Positions 1-9,806 of a stretch of DNA of 64,000 bases are shown here, piece by piece. Position 1 is the first letter of the stretch. Each line of letters begins with the position of its first letter. Both the position numbers and the translations under genes were made by a program. The stretch comes from Xanthobacteraceae bacterium (GTDB taxonomy: Bacteria > Pseudomonadota > Alphaproteobacteria > Rhizobiales > Xanthobacteraceae): contig JAWKWS010000008.1 of the NCBI GenBank assembly GCA_041397405.1, positions 59,975 through 123,974 on the forward strand, given 5' to 3'. The notes beneath the pieces were generated by a model, which was not told the DNA's origin, did not search any database, and worked only from the letters and a program-made list of their open reading frames with translations.

Positions 1-830
1 CCTGAAATCAACGTAATCGGCCGAGCCGCGGCTGCGAGGTCGCTCCTGTAGTCCTGCGTGGCGAAGTTGCGCATCAGGCGGAAGGAGTAGGTCGGCGTCA
101 CGAAGCGCTCCGCATTCGGCGCCACCGCAAAGGCCAGCACAGGAAGCGCATCGCAGCAATCGATGCCGGCCCGGCGCATGGTCGCCAGCGCGACGATGCG
201 CGGGATGTCCGGGCTGGCCCAGCCGCCGGAGTTCGGCCGGTTGGTCGGTGCATCGTGGCCGAGATAGGGGGCAAGCAGCACCGTGCGCTCGAACAGGTTC
301 TGGATCGGCGAGCCGGCCGCGCGCAGCGCGAAGCCGCCGCCGGCGGAATGGCCGAGCAGCGTCAGCGGCTCGGCGGGTGCAGTCTTGCGGATCTGCGCAA
401 CGAGATCGGCAAGGTCGTGATCGAGCTGGCCGAAATAGCCGATATCGCCGCGGGTGCCCGAGCCGCCGTGACCGCGGATATCGGGCGCCCACGTCGCCAC
501 GCCGCGGGCGGCAAGCGCGTCAGCCAGCGCATGCACCGCGACGCTGGAGCCGGACGAGCCATGCACGAGAACCGCGATGCGGCCGCTGGCAGGCCCCCGC
601 GCGGGATAGTGGCGATACGCCAGTTCGGTGCCGTCGCGGGCGAAGAAGCGCTGCAGCGGCGGCATGGTGCTGCGATCGACGGCGCGCGCGGTCTCGGAGA
701 TCGAGCGAAGCTCCTGCGGCCGCTGCAGCGGCATGGCGAGCATCGCCACGAGCACCAGCGTGACCACGCCGACGGCGGCCAAGGCCCATTTTACGAGGAA
801 CAACCCCATGCACAGTAGCCTCGCGATCAT
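1..830 (-). CDS. alpha/beta hydrolase, membrane-anchored (C-terminus cut by window edge)
   Basis: My own reverse-strand translation; it is absent from the ORF track because it runs off the edge. ATG at 830, N-terminal hydrophobic helix, VLVHGSSGS oxyanion region and nucleophile elbow LLGHSAGG. The + strand ORFs listed here look like antisense artefacts. Confidence 0.8.
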   Translation of the reverse strand, partial: MIARLLCMGLFLVKWALAAVGVVTLVLVAMLAMPLQRPQELRSISETARAVDRSTMPPLQRFFARDGTELAYRHYPARGPASGRIAVLVHGSSGSSVAVHALADALAARGVATWAPDIRGHGGSGTRGDIGYFGQLDHDLADLVAQIRKTAPAEPLTLLGHSAGGGFALRAAGSPIQNLFERTVLLAPYLGHDAPTNRPNSGGWASPDIPRIVALATMRRAGIDCCDALPVLAFAVAPNAERFVTPTYSFRLMRNFATQDYRSDLAAAARPITLIS

Positions 831-856
831 CGTCACTCTCCTCAATCGATCACATT

Positions 857-891
857 AGACAGATAACTCTGTAATACAGAGTTATCTGTCT
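857..891. promoter_or_regulatory. candidate operator: perfect 17-bp inverted repeat AGACAGATAACTCTGTA-a-TACAGAGTTATCTGTCT
   Basis: Read directly from the sequence. It is AT-rich and lies between the divergent starts at 830 (-) and 961 (+). Confidence 0.45.
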
Positions 892-960
892 TGCAAGACC
901 GATTGGCGACCCCGCCCCAAATCCCTAACTTGCAGACAATCCCCGAAAGCCGAATCGCCA

Positions 961-2580
961 ATGCCCGCCGAACCGCTTGCCAACGTGCACGAATTCACCG
1001 TCTCGGAGCTGTCCTCCTCCCTGAAGCGGACGGTGGAGGACACCTATGGCCATGTCCGGGTGCGCGGGGAGATCTCCGGCTTTCGCGGGCCGCATTCCTC
1101 CGGGCATTGCTACTTCGCGCTGAAGGACGACAGCGCCAAGATCGAGGCTGTGATCTGGAAGTTTGCCCACGCTCGCATGCGCTTCAAGCCGCAGGAAGGG
1201 CTGGAGGTGATCGCCACCGGCAAGCTCACCACCTATCCCGGCTCCTCGAAGTACCAGATCGTCATCGAGCAGCTCGAACCGGCGGGCGTCGGCGCGCTGA
1301 TGGCGTTGCTGGAGGAGCGCAAGAAGAAGCTCGCCGCCGAGGGCCTGTTCGACGAGCGGCGCAAGCAGTTGCTGCCCTGGCTGCCGGAGGTCATCGGCGT
1401 CGTCACCTCGCCGACCGGCGCCGTCATCCGCGACATCCTGCATCGCCTGCAGGACCGCTTTCCGCGCCGGGTGCTGGTGTGGCCCGTGAAGGTGCAGGGC
1501 GAAGGCTCGGCGGAGCAGGTCGCCGCCGCCATCCGCGGCTTCAACGCGCTGCCCGAAGGCGGGCGAATTCCCCGCCCCGATCTTTTGATCGTCGCCCGCG
1601 GCGGCGGCTCGCTGGAGGACCTCTGGTCGTTCAACGAGGAAATCGTGGTGCGCGCGGCCGCCGACAGCATGATCCCGCTGATCTCCGCCGTGGGGCACGA
1701 GACCGACGTCACGCTGATCGATTTCGCCGCCGACAAGCGCGCGCCGACGCCGACGGCGGCGGCCGAAATGGCGGTGCCCGTGCGCAGCGAGCTGTTCACC
1801 GAGGTCGACGGTCTCGCCCGCCGCAGCCGGATGAGCTGGCAGCGCGCGCAGGAAGGCCGTCGCAACGAACTGCGCGCCGCGGCACGCGCCCTTCCCGCCG
1901 CCCATGAGCTGCTCGCCATCCCGCGCCAGCGGCTCGATTCCGCAGCCGGCGCCCTGCCCCGCGGCCTGCGCGCCAACACGCATGCGCATTTCCGCCGCTT
2001 CGCCGCCACCAGCGCACGGCTGACGCTGCGCGTGCTGCACGGCCAGGTGACGCATGCGCGCCTGAGCCTGACCACCTGCGGCGAGCGCCTGACCAACTCG
2101 GCACGGTCGCTCCTGCATCGACGCCGCGAGCGCTTTGCCGGGCTCGAGCTGCGCTTGAAGGCCTCCAGGCTCGCCAATGCACAGGCGCAGCGCCAGCAGA
2201 TCGCGCGCGACCGCGAACGCACCCATCGCCTTGCCGAACGCGCCCACCGCGCGCTCGGCACGGTGCTGCAGCGGCTCGATGCGCGGGTCGAGCGCAGCGG
2301 CAAGCTGCTCGCGGCCCTTTCCTATCGCAGCGTGCTGGAGCGCGGCTTTGCGCTGGTGCGGGATGCGGCCGGCCATCCCATCCATGCGGCTGCCGCCATC
2401 GGACCCAGCGCGCGTCTCACTGTCGAGTTCGCCGACGGCCGCGTCGGCGCCACCGCGGACGCGGATCGGCCCGCAGCCGCTTCGCAAGGCCAGCCCCCGC
2501 CGAAGCCGGCGGCGCGCGAGACCAAGTCGAGCGCCCCCAGGGGCACGGCGAAGCCCATCGATCAGGGCAGTTTGTTCTGA
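961..2580 (+). CDS. xseA: exodeoxyribonuclease VII large subunit
   Basis: 539-aa ORF. N-terminal OB-fold region ([34 protein letters not shown]) and catalytic core ([29 protein letters not shown]) are typical XseA. Confidence 0.95.
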   Translation: MPAEPLANVHEFTVSELSSSLKRTVEDTYGHVRVRGEISGFRGPHSSGHCYFALKDDSAKIEAVIWKFAHARMRFKPQEGLEVIATGKLTTYPGSSKYQIVIEQLEPAGVGALMALLEERKKKLAAEGLFDERRKQLLPWLPEVIGVVTSPTGAVIRDILHRLQDRFPRRVLVWPVKVQGEGSAEQVAAAIRGFNALPEGGRIPRPDLLIVARGGGSLEDLWSFNEEIVVRAAADSMIPLISAVGHETDVTLIDFAADKRAPTPTAAAEMAVPVRSELFTEVDGLARRSRMSWQRAQEGRRNELRAAARALPAAHELLAIPRQRLDSAAGALPRGLRANTHAHFRRFAATSARLTLRVLHGQVTHARLSLTTCGERLTNSARSLLHRRRERFAGLELRLKASRLANAQAQRQQIARDRERTHRLAERAHRALGTVLQRLDARVERSGKLLAALSYRSVLERGFALVRDAAGHPIHAAAAIGPSARLTVEFADGRVGATADADRPAAASQGQPPPKPAARETKSSAPRGTAKPIDQGSLF

Positions 2581-2595
2581 GCGCCTGCAATTCTT

Positions 2596-2626
2596 CGTCA
2601 TGGCCGGGACAAGCCCGGCCATGACG
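2596..2626. terminator. GC-rich hairpin between convergent xseA and hydrolase genes (13-bp perfect stem CGTCATGGCCGGG/CCCGGCCATGACG)
   Basis: Stem-loop read from the sequence. No clear T-run, and it also resembles a dispersed REP-type hairpin family. Confidence 0.5.
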
Positions 2627-2639
2627 CCGGAAAATTCCT

Positions 2640-3470
2640 TTACCGCGCCAGCCACTCCGCGACGCGCTTCTGCGCGTCGGCGCGGGCGTCCGCATCGGTG
2701 CCGATGTGACCGTGCTCGGGCGCGGCTGGATTCTTGCCGTCGAGCGCATGCAGCGGCAGGCTGGCGCGGTCGAAATCATGCGCTGCGCCCGGATACACGA
2801 CGATCCGCGCCAGCGCGCTGCGGCCATGGGCGCCATCCACCATCTGCCGGCACTGCGTCGGCGATGCGATGTCGTCCCTGGCCCCGATCAGCAGCAGCGT
2901 CGGCACCCGCGCGCTCCAGCCGGTGCGCGAGGAGATCCGGCATTCCGGATAGAAGGCAATCGCGGAACGATAATCGGACTCCATGCCGCGCAAAGCGAGC
3001 TGCGGACGCACCGCCCACAGCACGGCGCTCGCGCCATGCGCCCAACCGATCAGGCTGACGCGGTCGTGCGCCACCCAGCCCTGCGCGGCCAGCCATTTGT
3101 GCGAGGCCGCGATATCCGCCACGCGCTCGCGCCGCGCCCGCACCTTGCGCTCCTTTGGACGGCATTGCGGACCGACTTCGCGCGAGCCGAAACTGTCTGG
3201 CCATAGCACGGCGTAACCGGCCTTCAGCAACCGCTCCGACCAGTCGCGATAGCGCGGCGCAACGGCCTCGCCGTCCCCGCCCAGGCCCCCGCAGGCATGC
3301 AGCGCGATCACGACCGGAAACGGTCCGGAGCCGCTCGGCTTGTAGAGCTGCGCATGCAGATCGAGCTTGCCCGAGGAGATCTCGACCTGCTGCGGCGCCG
3401 GTGCGGCATGCGCCGTGCAGGCAGCCGCGGAGAGCGCCAGGATCAGGGCTGTTGACGGAAGACGCATCAT
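2640..3470 (-). CDS. dienelactone hydrolase family protein, secreted
   Basis: 276 aa. Signal peptide MMRLPSTALILALSAAACTAHA, then an alpha/beta-hydrolase core (VVIALHACGG, SLIGWAHGA nucleophile region, GAAHDF). Confidence 0.8.
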   Translation of the reverse strand: MMRLPSTALILALSAAACTAHAAPAPQQVEISSGKLDLHAQLYKPSGSGPFPVVIALHACGGLGGDGEAVAPRYRDWSERLLKAGYAVLWPDSFGSREVGPQCRPKERKVRARRERVADIAASHKWLAAQGWVAHDRVSLIGWAHGASAVLWAVRPQLALRGMESDYRSAIAFYPECRISSRTGWSARVPTLLLIGARDDIASPTQCRQMVDGAHGRSALARIVVYPGAAHDFDRASLPLHALDGKNPAAPEHGHIGTDADARADAQKRVAEWLAR

Positions 3471-3671
3471 GAGATGAGGGGGCGCCGGGATTGAATTGGC
3501 GCGCGGCGACAGCGAACCATAGCCGAAAGGTTAGCATGCGCGGCTGCCCCGAAACGATCACAAATCGGTGGGTTTGCGGGGGCGGACACTCCAACTTATT
3601 TATGATAGAGCGCAATTCGAAAATGCATCGCCGGGCGCCTCGAGTCGTCCGGGAAATCGGAGCATGCAATC

Positions 3672-3893
3672 TTGCTGAACAAGTTCGGTCCATCGGGCAG
3701 CGGCGAAGCGCAGGTGCAATATCTCGACGGCGATTTCCGCGTGATCTCGCCCGGAACCTATGTCCGCTGCGCCATCACCGACGTGCACATTCCGCTCGAC
3801 GAGCTGAAATACTGGAGCGTGGATCTGCAGGAAGCCTACGCGCAGCCCGTCGCCGTGCTGCAACGGCACTATCCGGCACAGGTGAAGAAGTAG
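3672..3893 (+). CDS. DUF2093-type small conserved protein
   Basis: 73-aa ORF with a TTG start. The sequence (YLDGDFRVISPGTYVRCAITD..IPLDELKYWSVDLQEAY) matches my memory of a small alphaproteobacterial conserved family. Coding-like GC3. Confidence 0.65.
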   Translation: MLNKFGPSGSGEAQVQYLDGDFRVISPGTYVRCAITDVHIPLDELKYWSVDLQEAYAQPVAVLQRHYPAQVKK

Positions 3894-3966
3894 CGATGCG
3901 CCCGTGGTTCGGCAAACCGAACCTGGAGCATGATGAGACTGGGATCGATTGGATCGGCATCGGAAG

Positions 3967-3991
3967 TCACCTCTCCCGAAGGGAGAGGTGA
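3967..3991. repeat. REP-like hairpin TCACCTCTCCC-gaa-GGGAGAGGTGA
   Basis: 11-bp perfect stem. It has the same CTCTCCC/GGGAGAG core as the hairpins at 21768-21792 and 21890-21915. Confidence 0.5.
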
Positions 3992-4096
3992 ACCGAGTTT
4001 GCCGGAGGACCGATTCAGTCAAATCCCATCTCGCTTTAGTCGCCCGGCGAGCCGCAAGGGCAACACACTTACCCGGAGTTTCGGCCCAATAACGCG

Positions 4097-4128
4097 TAAT
4101 CCGCCGCCGTGGCGCCGGCGGCGGATTA
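4097..4128 (-). terminator. hairpin TAATCCGCCGCCG..CGGCGGCGGATTA downstream of the 4153-4446 gene
   Basis: 13-bp perfect stem read from the sequence, followed by only a weak T-run on the minus strand. Confidence 0.45.
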
Positions 4129-4152
4129 TGCTGACCGGTCCTTATCGACCGC

Positions 4153-4446
4153 TCAGTGCGTGACCTGCTCGAAGGTGACGACCTTCCCAGTCGGCTCGGG
4201 AGCATGCGGCTTCAAGCTGGTAAGCGTCGCATCCGACCAGTCGGCGAGGCTGACCACCCGGCTGGTCCTGACGTCGCTCTCCGATGCCTCGGCCGGCTCC
4301 AGCACCTTGAGCCCGCCCTGGTCCAGAAAGAACGTGTGATCTCCAAACAGGTCGGTCAGCTGCGCATTCGCCGGATGATTGTCGGGAAGAACCTCCGCAT
4401 CGATCTGTCTCAACGTCTGGTCAAGCTGGGTTTCATTCAGTCTCAT
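4153..4446 (-). CDS. hypothetical protein (97 aa)
   Basis: Internal ATG at 4446 of the 4153..4662 ORF, preceded by GGAAAGGG. The MRLNETQLDQTLRQIDAEV.. part has coding-like composition, whereas the upstream extension is Arg/Ser-rich junk. Confidence 0.5.
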   Translation of the reverse strand: MRLNETQLDQTLRQIDAEVLPDNHPANAQLTDLFGDHTFFLDQGGLKVLEPAEASESDVRTSRVVSLADWSDATLTSLKPHAPEPTGKVVTFEQVTH

Positions 4447-4692
4447 GGGCTGCCCTTTCCGGATGTGAGCCCCCTGGGATATGAGCCCCTGCCGAGTCGA
4501 ACGAACGCCATGTCGATACGGTTCCGGCCGAGCCGCTGGAATCAGCCTGCGGAACCCGTGGCGAACTGTCTCACGCTGTGCGAGCGGTATACCGCGAGCC
4601 GTTCGCCGCGAGACGAGACAGGATTGTTCCTTCGCGTACGAAGCCGAACTTCTCAAGGACACGGTATCATCCGGCTGGAGTTCGCCAGAACA

Positions 4693-5781
4693 CTACACCT
4701 TGCCATTGGCGCAGATGCCCTTCAGCGCCTGCCACTCCGCATCGGTCAGAAGCGGCGGGCCCTTCGGGGTCTGGTCTTCGCGGCTCATGCGCGCCAGCCG
4801 GTCCTCGCTCAGGGGATGCGTCGAGATGATGGTCAGGCCCTTGCCGCCTTCCTTGCCGGTCACGCGCAGCATCAGTTCGCCCATCGCCTTGGGCGGGCGA
4901 CCGAGCTTCTTCATGATCTCGATGGAAAAGGTATCGGCGGCAGTCTCTGCTTCGCGCGAGTAGGACGAGGTGACGAGCGTGCGCGAGGCAAAAATCACCG
5001 CGCTCGAGCCGGTGATGTCGCCGAACAAGAGGCCGATCAGGAAGGAGGTGCCGCCGTTGTAGATCAGGCTGCGCATGTTGTCGCGGTGCCTGAGATGGCC
5101 GAGCTCGTGGGCGATCACGCCGGCGATCTCGTCGGGATTCCTGGCCTTGGCGATCAAACTGTCGAACACGACGATCTTGCCGCCGGGCAGCGCCAGCGCA
5201 TTCGGGATCGGGCTCGACAGCACCGCGGACTGCACCGACGTGTCGAAGCCGGCGGCGCTGCGCAGCGCGGTGACGAGCTTGTCGAAAGCCGCCTGGCCCG
5301 CCGGACTGGCGTTGCAGGCCTTCTCGCGGAAAACAATGTTGACCTGCTTCTCGGCCATCTCGCCGAGCCGCCGTTCGAAGGATTCCGGCACCAGCGGCGC
5401 CAGGCGGTCGGCGGCGAGCGGCACGCCGTAGAGCACGACCAGCACGATCGACACGACGGCCGCCAGCGACCAGCCGACGATCCTTGCCACGCCGCGGCGA
5501 CCGAGGTGATGCTCGTCCAGATTGGACGTGCGGGACGAAAGCTCGGCGGCGAGCGCTGCGTCGCGGATGACCAGCCGCGCCAGCGCGGGCGCGCTCTGGC
5601 AGGAAAGGCGCAGCGTGCCCGGCGCGCTGTCGGCACGGCGGATCTCGGCATAGGGCCATCGCGCCATGGTTTTGCCGTCGACGGCGATCTCCAGCGAGTC
5701 GGCCAGGGCGAGCGTCGCCGCATGGCGACGGTTCGACGTTCCGTCGAAGTAGAGAACGCCCTCGCTATCGGTCGCGGTCAT
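4693..5781 (-). CDS. M48 family zinc metallopeptidase (membrane)
   Basis: HELGH zinc motif, downstream E (EAETAAD) and transmembrane stretches. I chose the start at ATG 5781, one nt after the stop of the upstream gene (TGAcATG). Confidence 0.85.
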   Translation of the reverse strand: MTATDSEGVLYFDGTSNRRHAATLALADSLEIAVDGKTMARWPYAEIRRADSAPGTLRLSCQSAPALARLVIRDAALAAELSSRTSNLDEHHLGRRGVARIVGWSLAAVVSIVLVVLYGVPLAADRLAPLVPESFERRLGEMAEKQVNIVFREKACNASPAGQAAFDKLVTALRSAAGFDTSVQSAVLSSPIPNALALPGGKIVVFDSLIAKARNPDEIAGVIAHELGHLRHRDNMRSLIYNGGTSFLIGLLFGDITGSSAVIFASRTLVTSSYSREAETAADTFSIEIMKKLGRPPKAMGELMLRVTGKEGGKGLTIISTHPLSEDRLARMSREDQTPKGPPLLTDAEWQALKGICANGKV

Positions 5782-5782
5782 G

Positions 5783-6940
5783 TCAGAAGCCTGCGACATC
5801 GAGGCCGTCGGCGATGCCCTCGCCGACCGCGGTTGCCAGATCGCCCCTCGCCTGGACATTGGCAGCGGCTTCGATGTTGGTCACTACCGTCGTCGCCAGC
5901 ACCCTGGCCCAGAGATCGCGCGTCAGATAGAGCCGGGTGACCACGCCCATGGCCAGCGCCATTGCCATGTAGCCGATGACCGTCACCACCAGCAGCGGGA
6001 TGTTCTGCGCCAGGGCATTCCCCCCTGCCGCAGCACTGGTCACGCCCCCAAGCTTGAAGACGAGCGCGGTCGCGCCGCCGATGACTGCCGCAAACGCCGT
6101 GCCGATCAGCACGTACCAGCCGATCGTCTTCCAGTAGAGGCCCTGCAACGCATCCGATGGCAGCTTCGATTCCACGGTGACGGCGCCGAAGCGGATGCCG
6201 GAGATCCACCACTTCCACTCGACAGTCTTGTAGTGCGCGTAGAGGAACGGCAGCGCGGGAAATACGAACAACGCGAGCGGGGTGACCAGCCAGAGCCACC
6301 AGATGCGCTTGAAGAATTCCCAGCCGGAGCCGACGAAATCACCCTGCAGATCGCCGTACCAGGAATGCTGCATCTTGTAGCGCTCGAGAGCTGCCGTGCG
6401 CCACGGCGAGGCGAGGCCGAGCGTTACCACGGCCAGCAGCACCCACAGCGAGGAGCGCAAGGCATAGGCCCAGCCCGAGCCGTCCATCCAGAACCGCACG
6501 CCACGCCATACCGTGCGGGTCAGCCGGTAGCGCCGCGCGCGATAGATCGCGAACTGCCCGAACACGTAGAAGGCGGCGACCAGCGGAATGCTGGCCAGCG
6601 CCTGCAGATGCTCGGCTTCGACGCTGATCAGGAAGTACCCGAGATAGACGGGCACGAGGATGGCGAGCGCAATCAGGAAGCCGATCAGGAGCTCGCGGCC
6701 GCGGCCGGTATACTCGGCGGCATCGCCGTCGACCACCGTGCTGGACCAGAGATGCCTGCGGATGTCGGTGACGAGCCAGAAGCGGTAGAAGCCGAGCGTG
6801 ACCAGCTCCAGCCCCGCGCCGCGCCCGATCATGTCGAAGAAGCCCTTGCGATTCCCGACGAAATCGAGCTTCGCCGGCAGCGGCGGCGGGATCGGCACGG
6901 GCGGCGGCTCCCCGATCGGGGTCCAGGCGAACTGGCTCAC
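5783..6940 (-). CDS. YjgN/DUF898 family inner-membrane protein
   Basis: 385 aa, multi-pass membrane protein with a duplicated F-Y-R-F-W/R-F-W type pattern (GFYRFWLVTDIRR, WRGVRFWMDGSGW) typical of DUF898. GTG start at 6940 with GGAG upstream. Confidence 0.8.
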   Translation of the reverse strand: MSQFAWTPIGEPPPVPIPPPLPAKLDFVGNRKGFFDMIGRGAGLELVTLGFYRFWLVTDIRRHLWSSTVVDGDAAEYTGRGRELLIGFLIALAILVPVYLGYFLISVEAEHLQALASIPLVAAFYVFGQFAIYRARRYRLTRTVWRGVRFWMDGSGWAYALRSSLWVLLAVVTLGLASPWRTAALERYKMQHSWYGDLQGDFVGSGWEFFKRIWWLWLVTPLALFVFPALPFLYAHYKTVEWKWWISGIRFGAVTVESKLPSDALQGLYWKTIGWYVLIGTAFAAVIGGATALVFKLGGVTSAAAGGNALAQNIPLLVVTVIGYMAMALAMGVVTRLYLTRDLWARVLATTVVTNIEAAANVQARGDLATAVGEGIADGLDVAGF

Positions 6941-7074
6941 GGATCAACTCCAGGCGGTATCACAGGCCGATCACAGCATGGATTAGTCGCCGAAAGTGTG
7001 ACGCAGGTTCCAGATACTCCGCCCCTTCGGATGCCGCTTCGCGGTCCCACGGGATGAGGATCGCGTATGGCGGG

Positions 7075-8247
7075 TCACGCCGTCTTGTCGAACAGCTCGC
7101 GGCCGATCAGCATGCGGCGGATTTCGGAGGTGCCGGCGCCGATTTCGTAGAGCTTGGCGTCGCGCAGCAGCCGGCCGGTCGGATATTCGTTGATGTAGCC
7201 GTTGCCGCCAAGGAGCTGCAGCGCGTCCAGCGCGCATTGCGTGGCCTTTTCGGCGGCATAGAGGATCGCGCCGGCGGCGTCCTCGCGCGTGGTCTCGCCG
7301 CGGTCACAGGCCTTTGCCACCGCATAGACATAGGCGCGCGAGGCATTCATCGTCGTGTACATGTCGGCGATCTTGCCCTGCACGAGCTGGAAGGTGCCAA
7401 TCGGCTGGCCGAACTGCTTGCGCTCGTGGACATAAGGCAGCACCACGTCCATGCAGGCCTGCATGATGCCGATCGGACCGGCCGCCAGCACCGCGCGCTC
7501 ATAGTCGAGGCCGCTCATCAGGACGTTGACGCCGCGGCCGACCTCGCCGAGCACGTTCTCCGCCGGCACCTCGCAATCCTGGAAAACGAGTTCGCAGGTG
7601 TCGGAGCCGCGCATGCCGAGCTTGTCGAGCTTCTGGGCGGTGGAGAACCCCTTCATTCCGCGCTCGATGAGGAAGGCGGTGATGCCGCGTGGGCCTCCGT
7701 TGGGATCGGTCTTGGCATAAACCACCAGCGTGTCGGCGACGGGACCGTTGGTGATCCACATCTTGTTGCCGTTGAGCACGAATCGGTCGCCCTTCTTCTC
7801 GGCGCGGGTCTTCATCGAGACCACGTCGGAACCGGCGCCGGGCTCGGACATCGCCAGCGATCCGACATGCTCACCGGAGATCAGCTTCGGCAGGTATTTG
7901 CGCTTCTGCGCCTCGTTGCCATTGCGGCGGATCTGGTTGACGCAGAGGTTGGAATGGGCGCCATAGGACAGGCCGACTGCGGCGGAAGCACGCGACATCT
8001 CCTCGACCGCAAGGCAATGCTCGAGATAGCCGAGCCCCGCCCCGCCATATTCCTCCTCTACCGTGATGCCGTGCAGGCCGAGCGCGCCGATCTTCGGCCA
8101 GAGGTCGCGGGGAAACTCGTTGCTGCGGTCGATCTCGGCGGCGCGCGGAGCGATCTCGTTGGAGGAGAAATCATGCACGGTTTCGCGGATCGCGTCCGCC
8201 GTCTCACCGAGGTCGAAATTGAACATTTTTTGCGCGTTGGCGATCAT
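7075..8247 (-). CDS. ivd: isovaleryl-CoA dehydrogenase
   Basis: 390 aa from ATG 8247 (GGAGGGA RBS). Strong acyl-CoA dehydrogenase signature plus IVD-like sequence ([29 protein letters not shown]). Confidence 0.9.
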   Translation of the reverse strand: MIANAQKMFNFDLGETADAIRETVHDFSSNEIAPRAAEIDRSNEFPRDLWPKIGALGLHGITVEEEYGGAGLGYLEHCLAVEEMSRASAAVGLSYGAHSNLCVNQIRRNGNEAQKRKYLPKLISGEHVGSLAMSEPGAGSDVVSMKTRAEKKGDRFVLNGNKMWITNGPVADTLVVYAKTDPNGGPRGITAFLIERGMKGFSTAQKLDKLGMRGSDTCELVFQDCEVPAENVLGEVGRGVNVLMSGLDYERAVLAAGPIGIMQACMDVVLPYVHERKQFGQPIGTFQLVQGKIADMYTTMNASRAYVYAVAKACDRGETTREDAAGAILYAAEKATQCALDALQLLGGNGYINEYPTGRLLRDAKLYEIGAGTSEIRRMLIGRELFDKTA

Positions 8248-8321
8248 CCGAGGTCCCTCCGGCAGAGTTGCCTTGTTGCACAAGCCTTTAGCCCGCGAGG
8301 GGACGGTTGTCACGGGAAAAT

Positions 8322-8337
8322 GATACGGTGCCGTATC
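8322..8337. promoter_or_regulatory. palindrome GATACGG-tg-CCGTATC in the divergent ivd/P450 spacer
   Basis: 7-bp arms read from the sequence. Its position suits an operator; no binding protein is known. Confidence 0.25.
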
Positions 8338-8458
8338 GTTTCGGGGTAGCCTTCCGGAGAACTCCGCCCTTGCCGAAGCCCGCGGCGCGGGGTGTAATAG
8401 GGTAAAACATTGCTTCGCCGGCCATGCACCGCCGAAGACCACGCTCGGGAGAAGCCGC

Positions 8459-9730
8459 ATGCACGGAACCATCGAACAATCCGGCGACGCTCATCTGCGC
8501 GAGGCGCGCGAAAAGGCCTGGTCGATGCCGCTTGCGGATTTCGATCCGGGCAATCCCGAACTGTTCCGGACCGATACGCACTGGCCCTATTTCGACCGGC
8601 TGCGCCAGGAAGACCCGGTGCACTACTGCAAGGATTCGATGTTCGGCCCGTACTGGTCGGTGACCAAGTACAACGACATCATGGCGGTCGATACCAATCA
8701 CGGCGTGTTCTCGTCCGCCGCGTCTCTCGGCGGCATCACCATCCGCGACGCCCCGCCGGAGGTGCGCCGTGAAAGCTTCATCGCCATGGACCAGCCGCGC
8801 CATTCCGGGCAGCGCAAGACCGTGGCGCCGATCTTCACGCCCGCCAATCTCGACGAACTCGCCGTCAACATCCGCAAGCGCTCGGCAAGCTGCCTCGACA
8901 ACCTGCCGAAGGGCGAGGTGTTCGACTTCGTCGACACCGTCTCGATCGAGCTGACCACGCAGATGCTGGCGGTGCTGTTCGACTTTCCCTGGGAGGACCG
9001 TCGCAAGCTGACGCGCTGGTCGGATATCGCCACTACCCTGCCCGGCGTCGGCGGACTGGTCGCGACCGAAGACGAGCGGCAGGCCGAGCTGATGGAGTGC
9101 GCAAACTATTTCGCCAGGCTGTGGAACGAGCGCATCAACGCTCCGCCGAAGAACGACCTGCTGTCGCTGATGGCCCACAACGAGGCCACGCGGAACATGG
9201 ACCCGAAGAACTTCCTCGGCAACCTGATCCTGCTGATCGTCGGCGGCAACGACACCACCCGAAATACCATGTCGGGCAGCGTCTACGCCCTGAACAAGAA
9301 TCCCGACCAGTACAGGAAGCTGCGCGAGAATCCGGCGCTGCTCGACAGCTTCGTGCCGGAGGTGATCCGCTGGCAGACGCCGCTCGCGCATATGCGCCGC
9401 ACCGCGCTTCAGGACATCGAGCTCGGCGGCAAGAAGATACGCAAGGGCGACAAGGTCGTGATGTGGTACGTCTCGGGCAACCGCGACGAGGAGGTGATCG
9501 AACGTCCCTACGACTTCATCATCGATCGCGCCCGGCCGCGCACCCATATCTCCTTCGGCTTCGGCATCCACCGCTGCGTCGGCATGCGGCTCGCCGAGCT
9601 GCAGCTCAAGATCATCTGGGAAGAGATCTTCAAGCGCTTCGACAGGATCGAGCTGGTCGAGGAGCCGAAGCGGGTCAATTCCAGCTTCGTCAAGGGCTAC
9701 GAAACCCTGCCGGTACGGATTGCCGCATAG
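8459..9730 (+). CDS. cytochrome P450, CYP153-like (copy 1)
   Basis: 423 aa. I-helix [24 protein letters not shown] and heme loop [15 protein letters not shown] are close to my recollection of CYP153A alkane/terminal hydroxylases. Confidence 0.9.
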   Translation: MHGTIEQSGDAHLREAREKAWSMPLADFDPGNPELFRTDTHWPYFDRLRQEDPVHYCKDSMFGPYWSVTKYNDIMAVDTNHGVFSSAASLGGITIRDAPPEVRRESFIAMDQPRHSGQRKTVAPIFTPANLDELAVNIRKRSASCLDNLPKGEVFDFVDTVSIELTTQMLAVLFDFPWEDRRKLTRWSDIATTLPGVGGLVATEDERQAELMECANYFARLWNERINAPPKNDLLSLMAHNEATRNMDPKNFLGNLILLIVGGNDTTRNTMSGSVYALNKNPDQYRKLRENPALLDSFVPEVIRWQTPLAHMRRTALQDIELGGKKIRKGDKVVMWYVSGNRDEEVIERPYDFIIDRARPRTHISFGFGIHRCVGMRLAELQLKIIWEEIFKRFDRIELVEEPKRVNSSFVKGYETLPVRIAA

Positions 9731-9806
9731 CGGATCAGCCCAAGACGCCTTGCGTTGTTGCGCGCAAGATATCAACCGAACAGAGCAGCATCCGGGAACG
9801 AACACC

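Noticed and set aside
873-877. CTGTA..TACAG core of the 857-891 palindrome resembling an E. coli LexA box
   Set aside because: The E. coli box is CTGT-N8-ACAG and the alphaproteobacterial LexA motif is a GAAC/GTTC direct repeat. The spacing here fits neither.
925-2655. 576-aa minus-strand ORF, and other long ORFs overlapping xseA
   Set aside because: It is antisense to an unmistakable xseA and has no domain signatures.
4156-5940. 594-aa plus-strand ORF
   Set aside because: It is antisense to the M48 peptidase gene and the 97-aa gene, and its translation is Arg/Gly/Ala-rich.
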